A DNA stretch of 32,000 nucleotides from Candidatus Pelagibacter ubique HTCC1062 (lineage in GTDB: Bacteria; Pseudomonadota; Alphaproteobacteria; Pelagibacterales; Pelagibacteraceae): positions 720,001-752,000 of the forward strand of contig NC_007205.1 of the NCBI RefSeq assembly GCF_000012345.1. The letters run 5' to 3'. Position 1 is the stretch's first letter, and each line of letters begins with the position of its first letter. This document shows, piece after piece, positions 1 to 8,959 of the stretch. The notes beneath the pieces were generated by a model. That model saw only the letters and a list, made by a program, of their open reading frames with translations, was not told the origin of the DNA and did not search any database. The position numbers and the translations under genes are program-made.

Positions 1-592
1 GATCAGAGCCACCAATTTGAAGCATACATTTTTCTTTTTTGTTTAATTCTAAAAAATCGTATGCTTGTAAAATCATATAGTTAAATTCCATATAACTTAA
101 TGACTGCTCTCTCTCTAATCTAATTTTGACACTGTCAAAACTCAACATTTTGTTAATTGTAAAATGTTTTCCAACATCTCTTAGAAAAGAAATATAATTT
201 AAATTTTTAAGCCATGTATAGTTATTAACAAATATAGGTTTTGTCTCTGGATCTTTATCATCTAAAAAATTTTTTAGAATTTTTTCAATATTATTTATAT
301 TTTTTTCAATTTCGTCTTCAGATAAAATTGTCCTAGTTTTATCTTTTCCAGATGGATCACCTATTCTAGTAGTGCCCCCTCCTAATAAAACAATTGGTTG
401 GTGGCCATGTTTTTGTAGCAACCTAAGACACATAATTTGAAGTAAGCTACCAACGTGAAGACTTTCAGCTGTACAATCAAAACCAATATAAGCTCTGATT
501 TTTTCTTTATCTAATAATTGAGATAGATTTTCTTCACCTGTACACTGGTAAAAGAAACCACGATCTTTAAATTCTTTTAAAAATTTATTCAT
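1..592 (-). CDS. tyrS: Tyrosine--tRNA ligase, N-terminal ~197 codons; the 3' end lies beyond the window start
   Basis: My own minus-strand translation from ATG (complement of 590-592) reads MNKFLKEFKDRGFFYQCTGEENLSQLLDKEKIRAYIGFDCTAESLHVGSLLQIMCLRLLQKHGHQPIVLLGGGTTRIGDPSGKDKT...HFTINKMLSFDSVKIRLEREQSLSYMEFNYMILQAYDFLELNKKEKCMLQIGGSD. It has the HIGH-type motif in GFDxTAxSLHxG context, GGxTxxIGDPSGK and QIGGSD, all typical of TyrRS. The frame stays open to position 1. It is absent from the ORF track because it is open-ended. Confidence 0.88.
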   Translation of the reverse strand, partial: MNKFLKEFKDRGFFYQCTGEENLSQLLDKEKIRAYIGFDCTAESLHVGSLLQIMCLRLLQKHGHQPIVLLGGGTTRIGDPSGKDKTRTILSEDEIEKNINNIEKILKNFLDDKDPETKPIFVNNYTWLKNLNYISFLRDVGKHFTINKMLSFDSVKIRLEREQSLSYMEFNYMILQAYDFLELNKKEKCMLQIGGSD

Positions 593-636
593 AAATATGC
601 TATCTAGAATATACAATATTTACTTTAAAAATAAGA

Positions 637-1764
637 ATGGAAAAATTTTATACTTCTTTAGGGTTAATGAGTGGCACATCTATGGATGGGGTTGATGCGT
701 CAATTATTAGATCAGATGGTGAAAGTAACTATGAACCTATATTTGATAAATATTTTGAGTATGATGGAGTAATTTACTCAAACTTACTAAATCTAAGAGA
801 TAAGATAAATTCAATAAAAGATTTACAAGATAATTCTTATCAAATTAACGAGCTCGAGAGAAAAATTACCTTATTTCATGCAAAAATTAGCAAAGAAATT
901 ATAAAGAATGCAGGAGTGGATGTAGATATAGTTGGGTTTCACGGTCAAACAATTTTTCACAATGCTCAGGAAAAAATATCAAAACAAATAGGAGATGGCA
1001 ATTTACTATCAAGTCTTTTAAAAAAAAATGTAGTTTATAACTTTAGAGAAAATGACATTCATAATGGCGGCCAAGGAGCTCCATTAGCTCCAATCTTTCA
1101 CAACTTACTTATAAACCAGAATAAAATAGAGAAACCTGCTTGTGTTTTAAACATAGGAGGTATCGCAAATATTACTCTTGTTATCTCAAAAAATAATGAA
1201 GATTTAAAAAGTTTTGATGTAGGTCCTGGTAATTGTCTTTTAGATGAATGGGTTAGAAGACACACACAAATGAAATATGATGAAAATGGAAAAGCATCAA
1301 ATTTAGGAAAAACAAGTGAAGTTATTCTAAATCAAGCGATTGATAATTTTGACAATATAAGTAATCAAAAAAAACTTTCATTTGATATAAAAGATTTTGA
1401 TTTAAGTTTTGTAAAAGGTCTCACATATGAGGATGGCTTATCTACATTAGTAGATTTTACAGCAATAATAATTTATCAATCAATTTTAAAATCAATCAAC
1501 AGTGAAGAAAATAAAAAGTTATTAATAATAGTTTGTGGTGGTGGAAGAAAAAACCTTTCATTAATGGAGAGCATAAGAAAAAGACTACCAAAAAATATTT
1601 ATTTAAAAATAATTGATGATTATAAAGTTGATGGTGATTTCATCGAGTCTCAAGCTTTTGCTTATCTTGCAATTAGGTCTGCACTTAAAAAAGTAATTTC
1701 ATTCCCCAATACTACAAATGTCAAAAAACCGTCAATAGGTGGAGTTTTAGTTAAAAACTATTAA
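637..1764 (+). CDS. anmK: Anhydro-N-acetylmuramic acid kinase
   Basis: 375-aa ORF. The N-terminal GLMSGTSMDGVDAS motif, GGQGAPLAP and the C-terminal VCGGGRKN block are characteristic of the AnmK (UPF0075) family. It is divergent from tyrS. Confidence 0.85.
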   Translation: MEKFYTSLGLMSGTSMDGVDASIIRSDGESNYEPIFDKYFEYDGVIYSNLLNLRDKINSIKDLQDNSYQINELERKITLFHAKISKEIIKNAGVDVDIVGFHGQTIFHNAQEKISKQIGDGNLLSSLLKKNVVYNFRENDIHNGGQGAPLAPIFHNLLINQNKIEKPACVLNIGGIANITLVISKNNEDLKSFDVGPGNCLLDEWVRRHTQMKYDENGKASNLGKTSEVILNQAIDNFDNISNQKKLSFDIKDFDLSFVKGLTYEDGLSTLVDFTAIIIYQSILKSINSEENKKLLIIVCGGGRKNLSLMESIRKRLPKNIYLKIIDDYKVDGDFIESQAFAYLAIRSALKKVISFPNTTNVKKPSIGGVLVKNY

Positions 1765-1766
1765 GA

Positions 1767-2423
1767 TTAAAATAAAGCAGATTCTTTTTTGATATATTTA
1801 TCTAAACATTTTACTAATACGTCTTCTGTTTTAGTAAAAAAATGATTAGCATCATTTATAGCCTGAAAGTCAACTTTAATACCTTTTTGGGCGCTCAATC
1901 TTTTATCTAGATCTGTAATATGTTCTAAGGGAACTAACTCATCCTTTTTTCCATAAATCATTAAACCTGAAGTAGGACATGGAGATAAGAATGAAAAGTC
2001 ATAAACATTTGGTTGTGGCGAAATTGCAATAAATCTATTTATTTCTGGTCTTCTCATTAACAATTGCATTGCAATTAAAGACCCAAAAGAAAATCCTGAA
2101 ACCCAACATTGTGAGTTATCAAAATTTTCACGCTCCAACCAATCTAGTGCTGCAGCAGCATCAGCCAGTTCACCTTGACCATTATCAAACTCACCATCAC
2201 TTTTTCCAACACCTCTAAAATTTACTCTACATACAGAAAATCCATTTTCCATAAAAGTATGAAATGTATCAACTACAACTTTATTATTCATTGTTCCTCC
2301 ATATTGAGGATGAGGTTGTAATACTAACGCTATTGGTGATGTAATTTTTTCACTTTTGTAATACTTGGCCTCCATTCTTCCAGCAGGCCCAGGTATAAAA
2401 ACTTCAACTATTTTATTGTCCAT
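1767..2423 (-). CDS. Small alpha/beta-fold hydrolase, COG2945-like; substrate unknown
   Basis: 218 aa. It has a G-x-S-x-G nucleophile elbow (GFSFGS) and later Asp and His residues (KKDELVP, NDANHFF) consistent with a Ser-Asp-His triad. It converges on anmK with only a 2-nt gap. Confidence 0.65.
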   Translation of the reverse strand: MDNKIVEVFIPGPAGRMEAKYYKSEKITSPIALVLQPHPQYGGTMNNKVVVDTFHTFMENGFSVCRVNFRGVGKSDGEFDNGQGELADAAAALDWLERENFDNSQCWVSGFSFGSLIAMQLLMRRPEINRFIAISPQPNVYDFSFLSPCPTSGLMIYGKKDELVPLEHITDLDKRLSAQKGIKVDFQAINDANHFFTKTEDVLVKCLDKYIKKESALF

Positions 2424-2504
2424 AAATGATATTGATTATTATTCTCAAAAAAAAATACACATATCATAACTAAGCGACAATATGTTATCTTTTTTATGTA
2501 TTGT

Positions 2505-2529
2505 ATACTTGACTAATTTAGTCAGGTTT
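2505..2529. promoter_or_regulatory. IscR type-1 operator
   Basis: ATACTTGACTAATTTAGTCAGGTTT matches the E. coli IscR type-1 consensus ATASYYGACTRwwwYAGTCRRSTAT, as I recall it, at 24 of 25 positions. The core is a perfect palindrome, TGACTAA-T-TTAGTCA. It overlaps the -35 box and spacer of the putative iscR-suf promoter. Confidence 0.7.
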
Positions 2530-2536
2530 GTATAAA
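2509..2536 (+). promoter_or_regulatory. Putative sigma-70 promoter of the iscR-suf operon
   Basis: TTGACT (2509-2514), a 16-nt spacer, then TATAAA (2531-2536). An AAGGA Shine-Dalgarno at 2551-2555 precedes the ATG at 2560. Confidence 0.5.
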
Positions 2537-2559
2537 AAGCCCACTTAAATAAGGATAAT

Positions 2560-2985
2560 ATGAAATTAACTTCAAAAGGTAGATACGCAGTAATGGCTTT
2601 AGCTGATCTTGCTAAGTTCAATAGTGTTAATCCAGTATCTTTAAGAGATATATCGTTAAGACAAGGTATTTCTTTGGATTTTTTAGAACAAATTTTTTCT
2701 AAGTTAAAAAAATATAATATCGTAAAAAGTATTAGGGGTACTAATGGAGGTTATATCTTAAACAAAGAACCAGAAGAAATTAAATTAGCAAACATACTTA
2801 GTGCCGTAGATGAAGAAGTCAAAACTGTTCAATGCAAGAAGGAATCTAAAAAAGGATGCAATAGTAAGACTACGAAATGCATCACTCATAATTTATGGGA
2901 CGAACTTGAAGTTCATATCAATCATTTTTTCGAACAAAAAAATTTAAAAGATCTTATAAGCAATTCTTCAGAAAGTAGAAATTAA
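2560..2985 (+). CDS. iscR: Rrf2-family Fe-S-sensing transcriptional regulator, IscR-like
   Basis: 141 aa with an N-terminal winged helix ([13 protein letters not shown] ... [10 protein letters not shown] ... RGTNGGYIL). The cluster ligands are C92-x7-C100-x6-C107-x2-H110; compare E. coli IscR C92/C98/C104/H107. Glu43 is conserved. It is the first gene of the suf operon, 1 nt before sufB. Confidence 0.85.
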   Translation: MKLTSKGRYAVMALADLAKFNSVNPVSLRDISLRQGISLDFLEQIFSKLKKYNIVKSIRGTNGGYILNKEPEEIKLANILSAVDEEVKTVQCKKESKKGCNSKTTKCITHNLWDELEVHINHFFEQKNLKDLISNSSESRN

Positions 2986-2986
2986 A

Positions 2987-4429
2987 ATGGATGCAAGAGA
3001 AAAAGAAATAGAAAAATTAAAAGATTATAAATATGGATTTTCAACTGATATTGAAAATACTAGAGCACCCAAGGGTTTAAATGAAGAGGTAATTAAGTTT
3101 ATTTCAAATATTAAAAAAGAACCACAATGGATGCTTGATTGGAGATTGAAAGCCTTTGAAAGATTAAAGCAATTAAAAGAACCTAATTGGCAAAAACCTA
3201 AATATCCGAAAATAGATTATCAAGACCTTTATTATTATTCAGCACCAAAAAGCATGGATGACAAACCAAAAAGTTTAGACGAGTTAGATCCAAAATTATT
3301 AGAAACTTATAATAAACTTGGAATACCTCTTCAAGAACAAGCAAGACTTAATGGAATAGCAGTTGATGCTGTATTTGATTCAGTTTCTGTTGCAACCACT
3401 TTTAAGGGTGAGTTAAATAAAAAAGGAATTATTTTTTGTTCTATGTCTGAAGCTATACAAGATCATCCTGAATTAGTAAAAAAATATTTAGGGTCTGTAA
3501 TTCCAATATCAGATCATTATTTTGCAACACTTAATTCAGCAGTATTTACCGATGGGTCATTTGTATATATTCCTGAAGGTGTAAGATGCCCGATGGAACT
3601 CTCAACTTATTTTAGAATTAATGCTACAGAAACAGGTCAATTTGAAAGAACTTTGATCATTGCTGATAAAGGAAGTTATGTAAGTTATTTAGAAGGATGT
3701 ACAGCACCAATGAGAGATGAAAATCAATTACATGCAGCAAATGTAGAATTAGTTGCACTAGATGATGCTGAAATAAAATATTCAACAGTACAAAATTGGT
3801 ATCCAGGAGACAAAGATGGAAAAGGTGGAATTTATAATTTTGTAACTAAAAGAGGTTTATGCAAAGGAAAAAATTCAAAAATATCTTGGACACAAGTTGA
3901 AACAGGTTCAGCAATTACATGGAAATATCCAAGTTGTATATTGATGGGTGATAATTCTGTAGGAGAATTTTACTCAATAGCAATAACAAATAATCATCAA
4001 AAAGCAGATACAGGTACTAAAATGATTCATTTGGGTAAAAATACAAAAAGCAAAATAATATCAAAAGGTATTTCAGCTGGATTTGCAGATAATACTTATA
4101 GAGGCTTAGTGGATATTTCAAAAAATGCTGATAATGCAAGGAATTTTACTCAATGTGACTCTCTTTTGATGGGTAACAAGTGTGGAGCGCATACTGTTCC
4201 ATACATAAAGAATAAAAATTCTAGCTCAAATATTGAGCATGAAGCAACAACATCCAAAATTAGCGATGAACAATTGTTCTATTGCAATCAAAGAGGTTTA
4301 AATCAAGAAGAGGCTGTTAGTTTAATTGTTAACGGTTTTTGCAAAGAGGTTCTGCAACAATTACCAATGGAATTTGCTGTTGAAGCTCAAAAATTAGTAG
4401 GAATCAGTTTAGAAGGGAGTGTTGGTTAA
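2987..4429 (+). CDS. sufB: Fe-S cluster assembly scaffold protein SufB
   Basis: 480 aa. The sequence is typical of SufB (KYSTVQNWY, [23 protein letters not shown], [21 protein letters not shown]). Its stop overlaps the sufC start (TAATG). Confidence 0.95.
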   Translation: MDAREKEIEKLKDYKYGFSTDIENTRAPKGLNEEVIKFISNIKKEPQWMLDWRLKAFERLKQLKEPNWQKPKYPKIDYQDLYYYSAPKSMDDKPKSLDELDPKLLETYNKLGIPLQEQARLNGIAVDAVFDSVSVATTFKGELNKKGIIFCSMSEAIQDHPELVKKYLGSVIPISDHYFATLNSAVFTDGSFVYIPEGVRCPMELSTYFRINATETGQFERTLIIADKGSYVSYLEGCTAPMRDENQLHAANVELVALDDAEIKYSTVQNWYPGDKDGKGGIYNFVTKRGLCKGKNSKISWTQVETGSAITWKYPSCILMGDNSVGEFYSIAITNNHQKADTGTKMIHLGKNTKSKIISKGISAGFADNTYRGLVDISKNADNARNFTQCDSLLMGNKCGAHTVPYIKNKNSSSNIEHEATTSKISDEQLFYCNQRGLNQEEAVSLIVNGFCKEVLQQLPMEFAVEAQKLVGISLEGSVG

Positions 4430-5163
4430 TGTTAACAATTAAAGATCTTAAAGCGAATATTGATAATAAAGAAATTTTAAAAGGTTTAAATTTAGAAATT
4501 AAACCAGGAGAGGTGCATGCAATTATGGGGCCTAATGGATCTGGAAAAAGCACTCTATCAAATGTTCTTTCAGGGAAAAAAGGATACACTGTAACTGGTG
4601 AAGTAAAGTATTTTAATGAAAATCTTTTAGAATTAGAAATTGAAGAAAGAGCTCATAAAGGAATATTTTTAGCATTCCAATATCCATTAGAAATTCCAGG
4701 GGTAAATACCAATATATTCTTAAAAACATCTTTAAATGCAATTAAAAAAGCTAAAGGTGAAAAAGAATTAGATGCTATTGAATTCTTAAAATTAGTTAAA
4801 CAAAAAGCCGGAGAATTAAAATTTGATGAAAAAATATTAAGTAGACAATTAAATGTAGGTTTTTCTGGTGGAGAAAAGAAAAAAAATGAAATACTTCAAA
4901 TGTCTATCCTTAATCCTAAGCTGTCGATTTTAGACGAAACTGATTCTGGACTTGATATTGATGCTTTAAAAATAGTATCTGAGGGTGTGAATGCATTAAG
5001 AAGTAAAGATAGTTCTTTTTTAATTATTACCCACTATCAAAGATTACTTGATTATATTAAACCTGATTTTGTTCACGTTCTAATTAATGGTCAAATCGTT
5101 AAATCTGGAGGTTCAGAATTAGCAATGGAATTAGAAAGCAAAGGTTACGAAACTCTTAGTTAA
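4429..5163 (+). CDS. sufC: Fe-S cluster assembly ATPase SufC
   Basis: 244 aa. Walker A is GPNGSGKST, the ABC signature is FSGGEKKK, Walker B is LSILDETDSGLD, and the H-loop is ITHY. Confidence 0.95.
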   Translation: MLTIKDLKANIDNKEILKGLNLEIKPGEVHAIMGPNGSGKSTLSNVLSGKKGYTVTGEVKYFNENLLELEIEERAHKGIFLAFQYPLEIPGVNTNIFLKTSLNAIKKAKGEKELDAIEFLKLVKQKAGELKFDEKILSRQLNVGFSGGEKKKNEILQMSILNPKLSILDETDSGLDIDALKIVSEGVNALRSKDSSFLIITHYQRLLDYIKPDFVHVLINGQIVKSGGSELAMELESKGYETLS

Positions 5164-6408
5164 ATGATTGAACAACTAAAATCAGATTTCAATAAGATGA
5201 CAGAAAATTTAAAATTTTCTGAAAACAATATTGAGTTTAGAAAAAAAAATTTAATCAATTTTATTGATAAAGGCTTTCCAAATAAAAGAATTGAAGATTG
5301 GAAATTTTCAGATTTAAATCAAATAATATCATCTAATATTAAAAATTTAAGTTTTTATAACGATAAAACTTACGAACCTAAAGATCAAGTATCTTTAATT
5401 AATAAGTTTGAACATAATAAGATTATTTTTATTAATGGAGTTATTTCAAAAGTAGACATCAAGTATGAGGATGACACTAAAGTTTTAATTAATAATGATT
5501 TAGATTTAAGCAACAATTCGAATGGAATTAATCCATTAGTATCTTTAAACCATGCTCTTGTTAGTGCACATATTGGTATTATCGTTAAAGAGAATTATTC
5601 ATTAAATAAACCTTTGGTTTTATACAATATTACTACTGAGGATGTTAATTCAACTGCACTCAATTTAAGAACGGATATTAAGTTAGAAAAAAATAGTAAC
5701 TTGAAATTAGTTACTATATTTGATGATCAGTCTCAAAATAATTTCATTAATATAAATCAAAATTTTGATATTGCTCAAGATGCAATCCTTAAAAGTTACA
5801 AAATTGATCATAAAACCAATTCTAATATTAAATATTTTTATAATAATATTAATCTTGAAAAAAATAGCATCTCTGAAAATTTTATTTTTTCGACAGGATC
5901 TAAATTTATCAAAAATGAAGTAAATTGTAATCTAAATGATCAATACAGTTCAGCATTTATTAATGGTGTGATAAGTTTAAAAAACTCACAACATCATGAA
6001 ATTAAAACGAACATAAATCATTTAGCAGAAAATACAAAAAGCTATCAATTAATCAAAACAGTTTTAAATGACAATTCTAAAGGTATTTATCAAGGTAAAA
6101 TTTTTGTTGATCAAAAAGCACAGAAAACAAATGGGTATCAACTAAGTAAAGCTTTACTTTTAAATGAAAATACAGAATTCGATGGTAAACCTGAACTTGA
6201 AATTTACGCCGATGATGTAAAATGCTCGCATGGATCAACTTCAGGTAACTTAGACGAAGACTCGATATTTTATCTAATGTCTCGAGGTCTAAGTTATCAG
6301 CAATCAAAAGAATTATTGATTAATGGTTTTCTAATGGATGCAGTTGAAACAATTACTGATTTAGAAATCAAAAATTTAATCAAAGAGATGATGGGAGTTG
6401 TAGAGTGA
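5164..6408 (+). CDS. sufD: Fe-S cluster assembly protein SufD
   Basis: 414 aa. The C-terminal half is paralogous to SufB (ELEIYADDVKCSHGSTSGNLDEDSIFYLMSRGL). It sits between sufC and sufS. Confidence 0.85.
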   Translation: MIEQLKSDFNKMTENLKFSENNIEFRKKNLINFIDKGFPNKRIEDWKFSDLNQIISSNIKNLSFYNDKTYEPKDQVSLINKFEHNKIIFINGVISKVDIKYEDDTKVLINNDLDLSNNSNGINPLVSLNHALVSAHIGIIVKENYSLNKPLVLYNITTEDVNSTALNLRTDIKLEKNSNLKLVTIFDDQSQNNFININQNFDIAQDAILKSYKIDHKTNSNIKYFYNNINLEKNSISENFIFSTGSKFIKNEVNCNLNDQYSSAFINGVISLKNSQHHEIKTNINHLAENTKSYQLIKTVLNDNSKGIYQGKIFVDQKAQKTNGYQLSKALLLNENTEFDGKPELEIYADDVKCSHGSTSGNLDEDSIFYLMSRGLSYQQSKELLINGFLMDAVETITDLEIKNLIKEMMGVVE

Positions 6409-7622
6409 GTATAGAAAATATTAAAAAAGAATTTCCAATATTTAATAATAAAGTTCATAATAATGATCTTGTATATCTTGATAGTGCTAACTCATCTCAA
6501 AAACCACAATCTGTAATTGATAGAGTTAATGATTTTTATACAAATGAATTTTCAAACACAGGTAGAAGCGTTCATTACTTAGCAGTAGCTGCAACTAATC
6601 TTTATGAAAATACAAGATCTTCTGTTCAAAAATATATTAACGCTAAAGATAAAAATGAAATTGTATTCACTAAAGGTGCGACTGAGGCAATTAATCTTGT
6701 AGCTAATACCTATGGTCAAAAATTTTTAAAAGAAGGGGATGAAATACTTATAACAGAACTTGAACATCATTCTAATTACGTGCCCTGGCATTTTTTACGA
6801 CAATCTAAAGGTATAAAGATTGAGTTTGCAGAAATTAATGATGATGGAGAGATTACTTTAGAAAGCATTGAAAAAAAAATTACATCAAAAACAAAATTAA
6901 TTGCTATTACACACTTATCAAATGTAACGGGATCAGTTTTACCAGTTAAAGAAATAACAGAACTTGCTCATTCAAAAGGTATTGCGGTTTTAGTAGATGG
7001 ATGCCAAGGTGCTCCTCATTTAAAACTTGATATGCAAGACATAGACTGTGATTTTTATGCTATTTCTTGCCATAAAATGTACGGGCCAACAGGTCTTGGT
7101 GTTTTATATGCAAAGAAAAAGTGGCTAGAGGAATTACCACCCTATCAAGGTGGCGGTGGAATGATTCGAGATGTAAAAAAAGATAGCATTTCATATGGAG
7201 ATTTACCTAATAAATATGAAGCTGGAACAATGGCTACAGCACAAGTTATAGCATTTGATCAATCTATAAAATTTTTAGAAAAAATCGGAATTGAAAACAT
7301 GATTAAACATGAGCAAGAATTAATCCAGTATGGTCAAGAAATTTTAAGAAAAAATAATTCAGTTAAATTAATTGGTAACCCAAAACATAGGTCAGCAGTT
7401 TTGTCTTTTACTATAGAAGGTGTTCATCCACATGACATAGCTACAATATTGGATGAAGATGGTGTTGCTATTAGAGCAGGTCATCATTGTTGTCAAATCC
7501 TACATGACAAATTAGGAATACCTGCAAGTGCACGTGCTTCATTAGGTGTTTACAATACAAAAGATGATTTAGATCAACTTAATAATTCTATCAATAACTG
7601 TAAGAAAATTTTTAATCTCTAA
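6405..7622 (+). CDS. sufS: Cysteine desulfurase SufS, group II
   Basis: 405 aa with a GTG start overlapping the sufD stop by 4 nt. The PLP-lysine motif is SCHKMYGPTG and the catalytic Cys loop is RAGHHCCQ. Confidence 0.93.
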   Translation: MSIENIKKEFPIFNNKVHNNDLVYLDSANSSQKPQSVIDRVNDFYTNEFSNTGRSVHYLAVAATNLYENTRSSVQKYINAKDKNEIVFTKGATEAINLVANTYGQKFLKEGDEILITELEHHSNYVPWHFLRQSKGIKIEFAEINDDGEITLESIEKKITSKTKLIAITHLSNVTGSVLPVKEITELAHSKGIAVLVDGCQGAPHLKLDMQDIDCDFYAISCHKMYGPTGLGVLYAKKKWLEELPPYQGGGGMIRDVKKDSISYGDLPNKYEAGTMATAQVIAFDQSIKFLEKIGIENMIKHEQELIQYGQEILRKNNSVKLIGNPKHRSAVLSFTIEGVHPHDIATILDEDGVAIRAGHHCCQILHDKLGIPASARASLGVYNTKDDLDQLNNSINNCKKIFNL

Positions 7623-8092
7623 TGAATATAAAAGAACTTTATCAAGAAATAATTTTAGAGCATGGTAAAAATCCACGCAACTTAAGAAAAACTGAAAATT
7701 TTAATAAAGATGCAATGGGTAAGAATCCATTATGTGGTGATAATGTACATATATTTTTAAAACTTGATGAAAATAAAAAAGTAGAAGATATTTCATTTGA
7801 AGGTAGTGGCTGTGCAATTTCAATGGCCTCAGCATCAATTATGACTGATTTAATTAAAGGCAAAGAAGAAGTAGAAGTTAAAGAAATTGTAAATGACTTC
7901 TTAGGTATGATTAAGGAGAATCCTGAATTAAAATCAAAAAACCTAGAAGAAGATGAAAAAACTAAATTAATGTGCTTGTCTGGAGTAAAACAATATCCAA
8001 TGAGAGTAAAATGTGCGACTTTATCATGGCATACTTTAATTTCTGCAATTGACAATACTCAAGAAGAAATTAATACTGAAAAATTAGATTAA
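7622..8092 (+). CDS. sufU: SufU/IscU-like (NifU N-terminal family) sulfur acceptor or scaffold
   Basis: 156 aa with three conserved Cys contexts: NPLCGD, GSGCAISMASAS and RVKCATLSW. Confidence 0.75.
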   Translation: MNIKELYQEIILEHGKNPRNLRKTENFNKDAMGKNPLCGDNVHIFLKLDENKKVEDISFEGSGCAISMASASIMTDLIKGKEEVEVKEIVNDFLGMIKENPELKSKNLEEDEKTKLMCLSGVKQYPMRVKCATLSWHTLISAIDNTQEEINTEKLD

Positions 8093-8095
8093 ATT

Positions 8096-8392
8096 ATGGA
8101 TTTAAGAGAACAAGTAATAGCTGAAATTAGAAAAATTTATGACCCAGAGATACCGGTCAATATTTATGAATTAGGTTTAATTTATGATGTTAAAGTAAAC
8201 GAGTCTAAAGCTAAAATTATAATGACCTTGACTACACCAAATTGTCCTGTTGCAGAAAGTTTACCTCAGGAAGTTAAGGATAGTGCAATGCAAGTAGAAG
8301 GCATTGAAGAGGTTGATCTAGATTTAGTTTTTGAACCACCTTGGGAAAAATCAATGATGTCTGAAGCTGCTAAATTGGAGTTAAATCTATAA
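8096..8392 (+). CDS. sufT: DUF59/MIP18-family Fe-S assembly protein, SufT-like
   Basis: 98 aa with IYDPEIPVNIYELGLIY and TLTTPNCP motifs. It lies inside the suf operon. Confidence 0.8.
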   Translation: MDLREQVIAEIRKIYDPEIPVNIYELGLIYDVKVNESKAKIIMTLTTPNCPVAESLPQEVKDSAMQVEGIEEVDLDLVFEPPWEKSMMSEAAKLELNL

Positions 8393-8724
8393 TGAACCCT
8401 ATCATTAAATTAAGTGATAATGCTGCAAGTCGTATTAAAGAAATTATGTCTGGAGTTGAGTCGAATTCAATTGGTGTTAGAGTTGCAGTTAAATCTGGTG
8501 GTTGTGCTGGCATGTCTTATGTAATGGAATATGCAAAAGAAATAAATCTTTCAGATGAAATAATTGAAGATAAGGGTGTTAAGGTTTTTGTTGATGCTGC
8601 AGCTGTTATGTACTTATTAGGCACTGAAATGGACTATAAAAAAGAAGAATTTTCATCATCATTCGTATTCAATAACCCCAATGAATCTGAACGTTGTGGT
8701 TGTGGCGAGTCATTTAAAGTATAA
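8392..8724 (+). CDS. sufA: A-type Fe-S cluster carrier, HesB/IscA/SufA family
   Basis: 110 aa with the signature Cys triad: GGCAG, then a C-terminal CGCGESF. Confidence 0.85.
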   Translation: MNPIIKLSDNAASRIKEIMSGVESNSIGVRVAVKSGGCAGMSYVMEYAKEINLSDEIIEDKGVKVFVDAAAVMYLLGTEMDYKKEEFSSSFVFNNPNESERCGCGESFKV

Positions 8725-8782
8725 CATTACCTAAACGCATATCAGTATTGCAAATATCACATATCTATGGTATTAAATAGTT

Positions 8783-8953
8783 ATGAATAAATTTGAATTT
8801 AAAAATCTTGTTAAATCTCTAGAAAAGTCACTGAAAGAAAGAACTTTTTTCAAGACTCTTAGAAAAGAAGTAAACACTGGTGCTAATGGCACTCAGGATT
8901 ACGTTGTTAAAAAAGGAATTAACAAAGATACAATCGCAACAACTAGACAGTAA
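8783..8953 (+). CDS. Candidate small basic protein of 56 aa, unknown function; not in the ORF track
   Basis: My own translation reads MNKFEFKNLVKSLEKSLKERTFFKTLRKEVNTGANGTQDYVVKKGINKDTIATTRQ, running ATG to TAA. It fills most of an otherwise unexplained 235-nt spacer. There is no obvious Shine-Dalgarno and I recognise no family. Confidence 0.35.
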   Translation: MNKFEFKNLVKSLEKSLKERTFFKTLRKEVNTGANGTQDYVVKKGINKDTIATTRQ

Positions 8954-8959
8954 TTAGTT

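Noticed and set aside
2471-2493. A second inverted repeat, ATAAC-N13-GTTAT, upstream of the IscR box, considered as a possible second operator.
   Set aside because: The arms are only 5 bp. It matches neither the IscR type-1 nor the type-2 consensus, and such repeats are expected by chance in AT-rich DNA.
7642-8055. A 137-aa ORF antisense to the sufU-like gene. Similar antisense ORFs in the track are at 4404-4589, 6077-6307, 9797-10021, 15418-15645, 15844-16143, 19235-19420, 20501-20755, 21440-21649, 22636-22842, 25247-25462, 25705-25896 and 28797-28979.
   Set aside because: Each lies entirely within, and opposite to, a well-supported conserved gene. Their translations are low-complexity or unrecognisable, and they lack SD sequences. 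They are classic shadow ORFs of strongly codon-biased genes, and I found nothing supporting overlapping coding.
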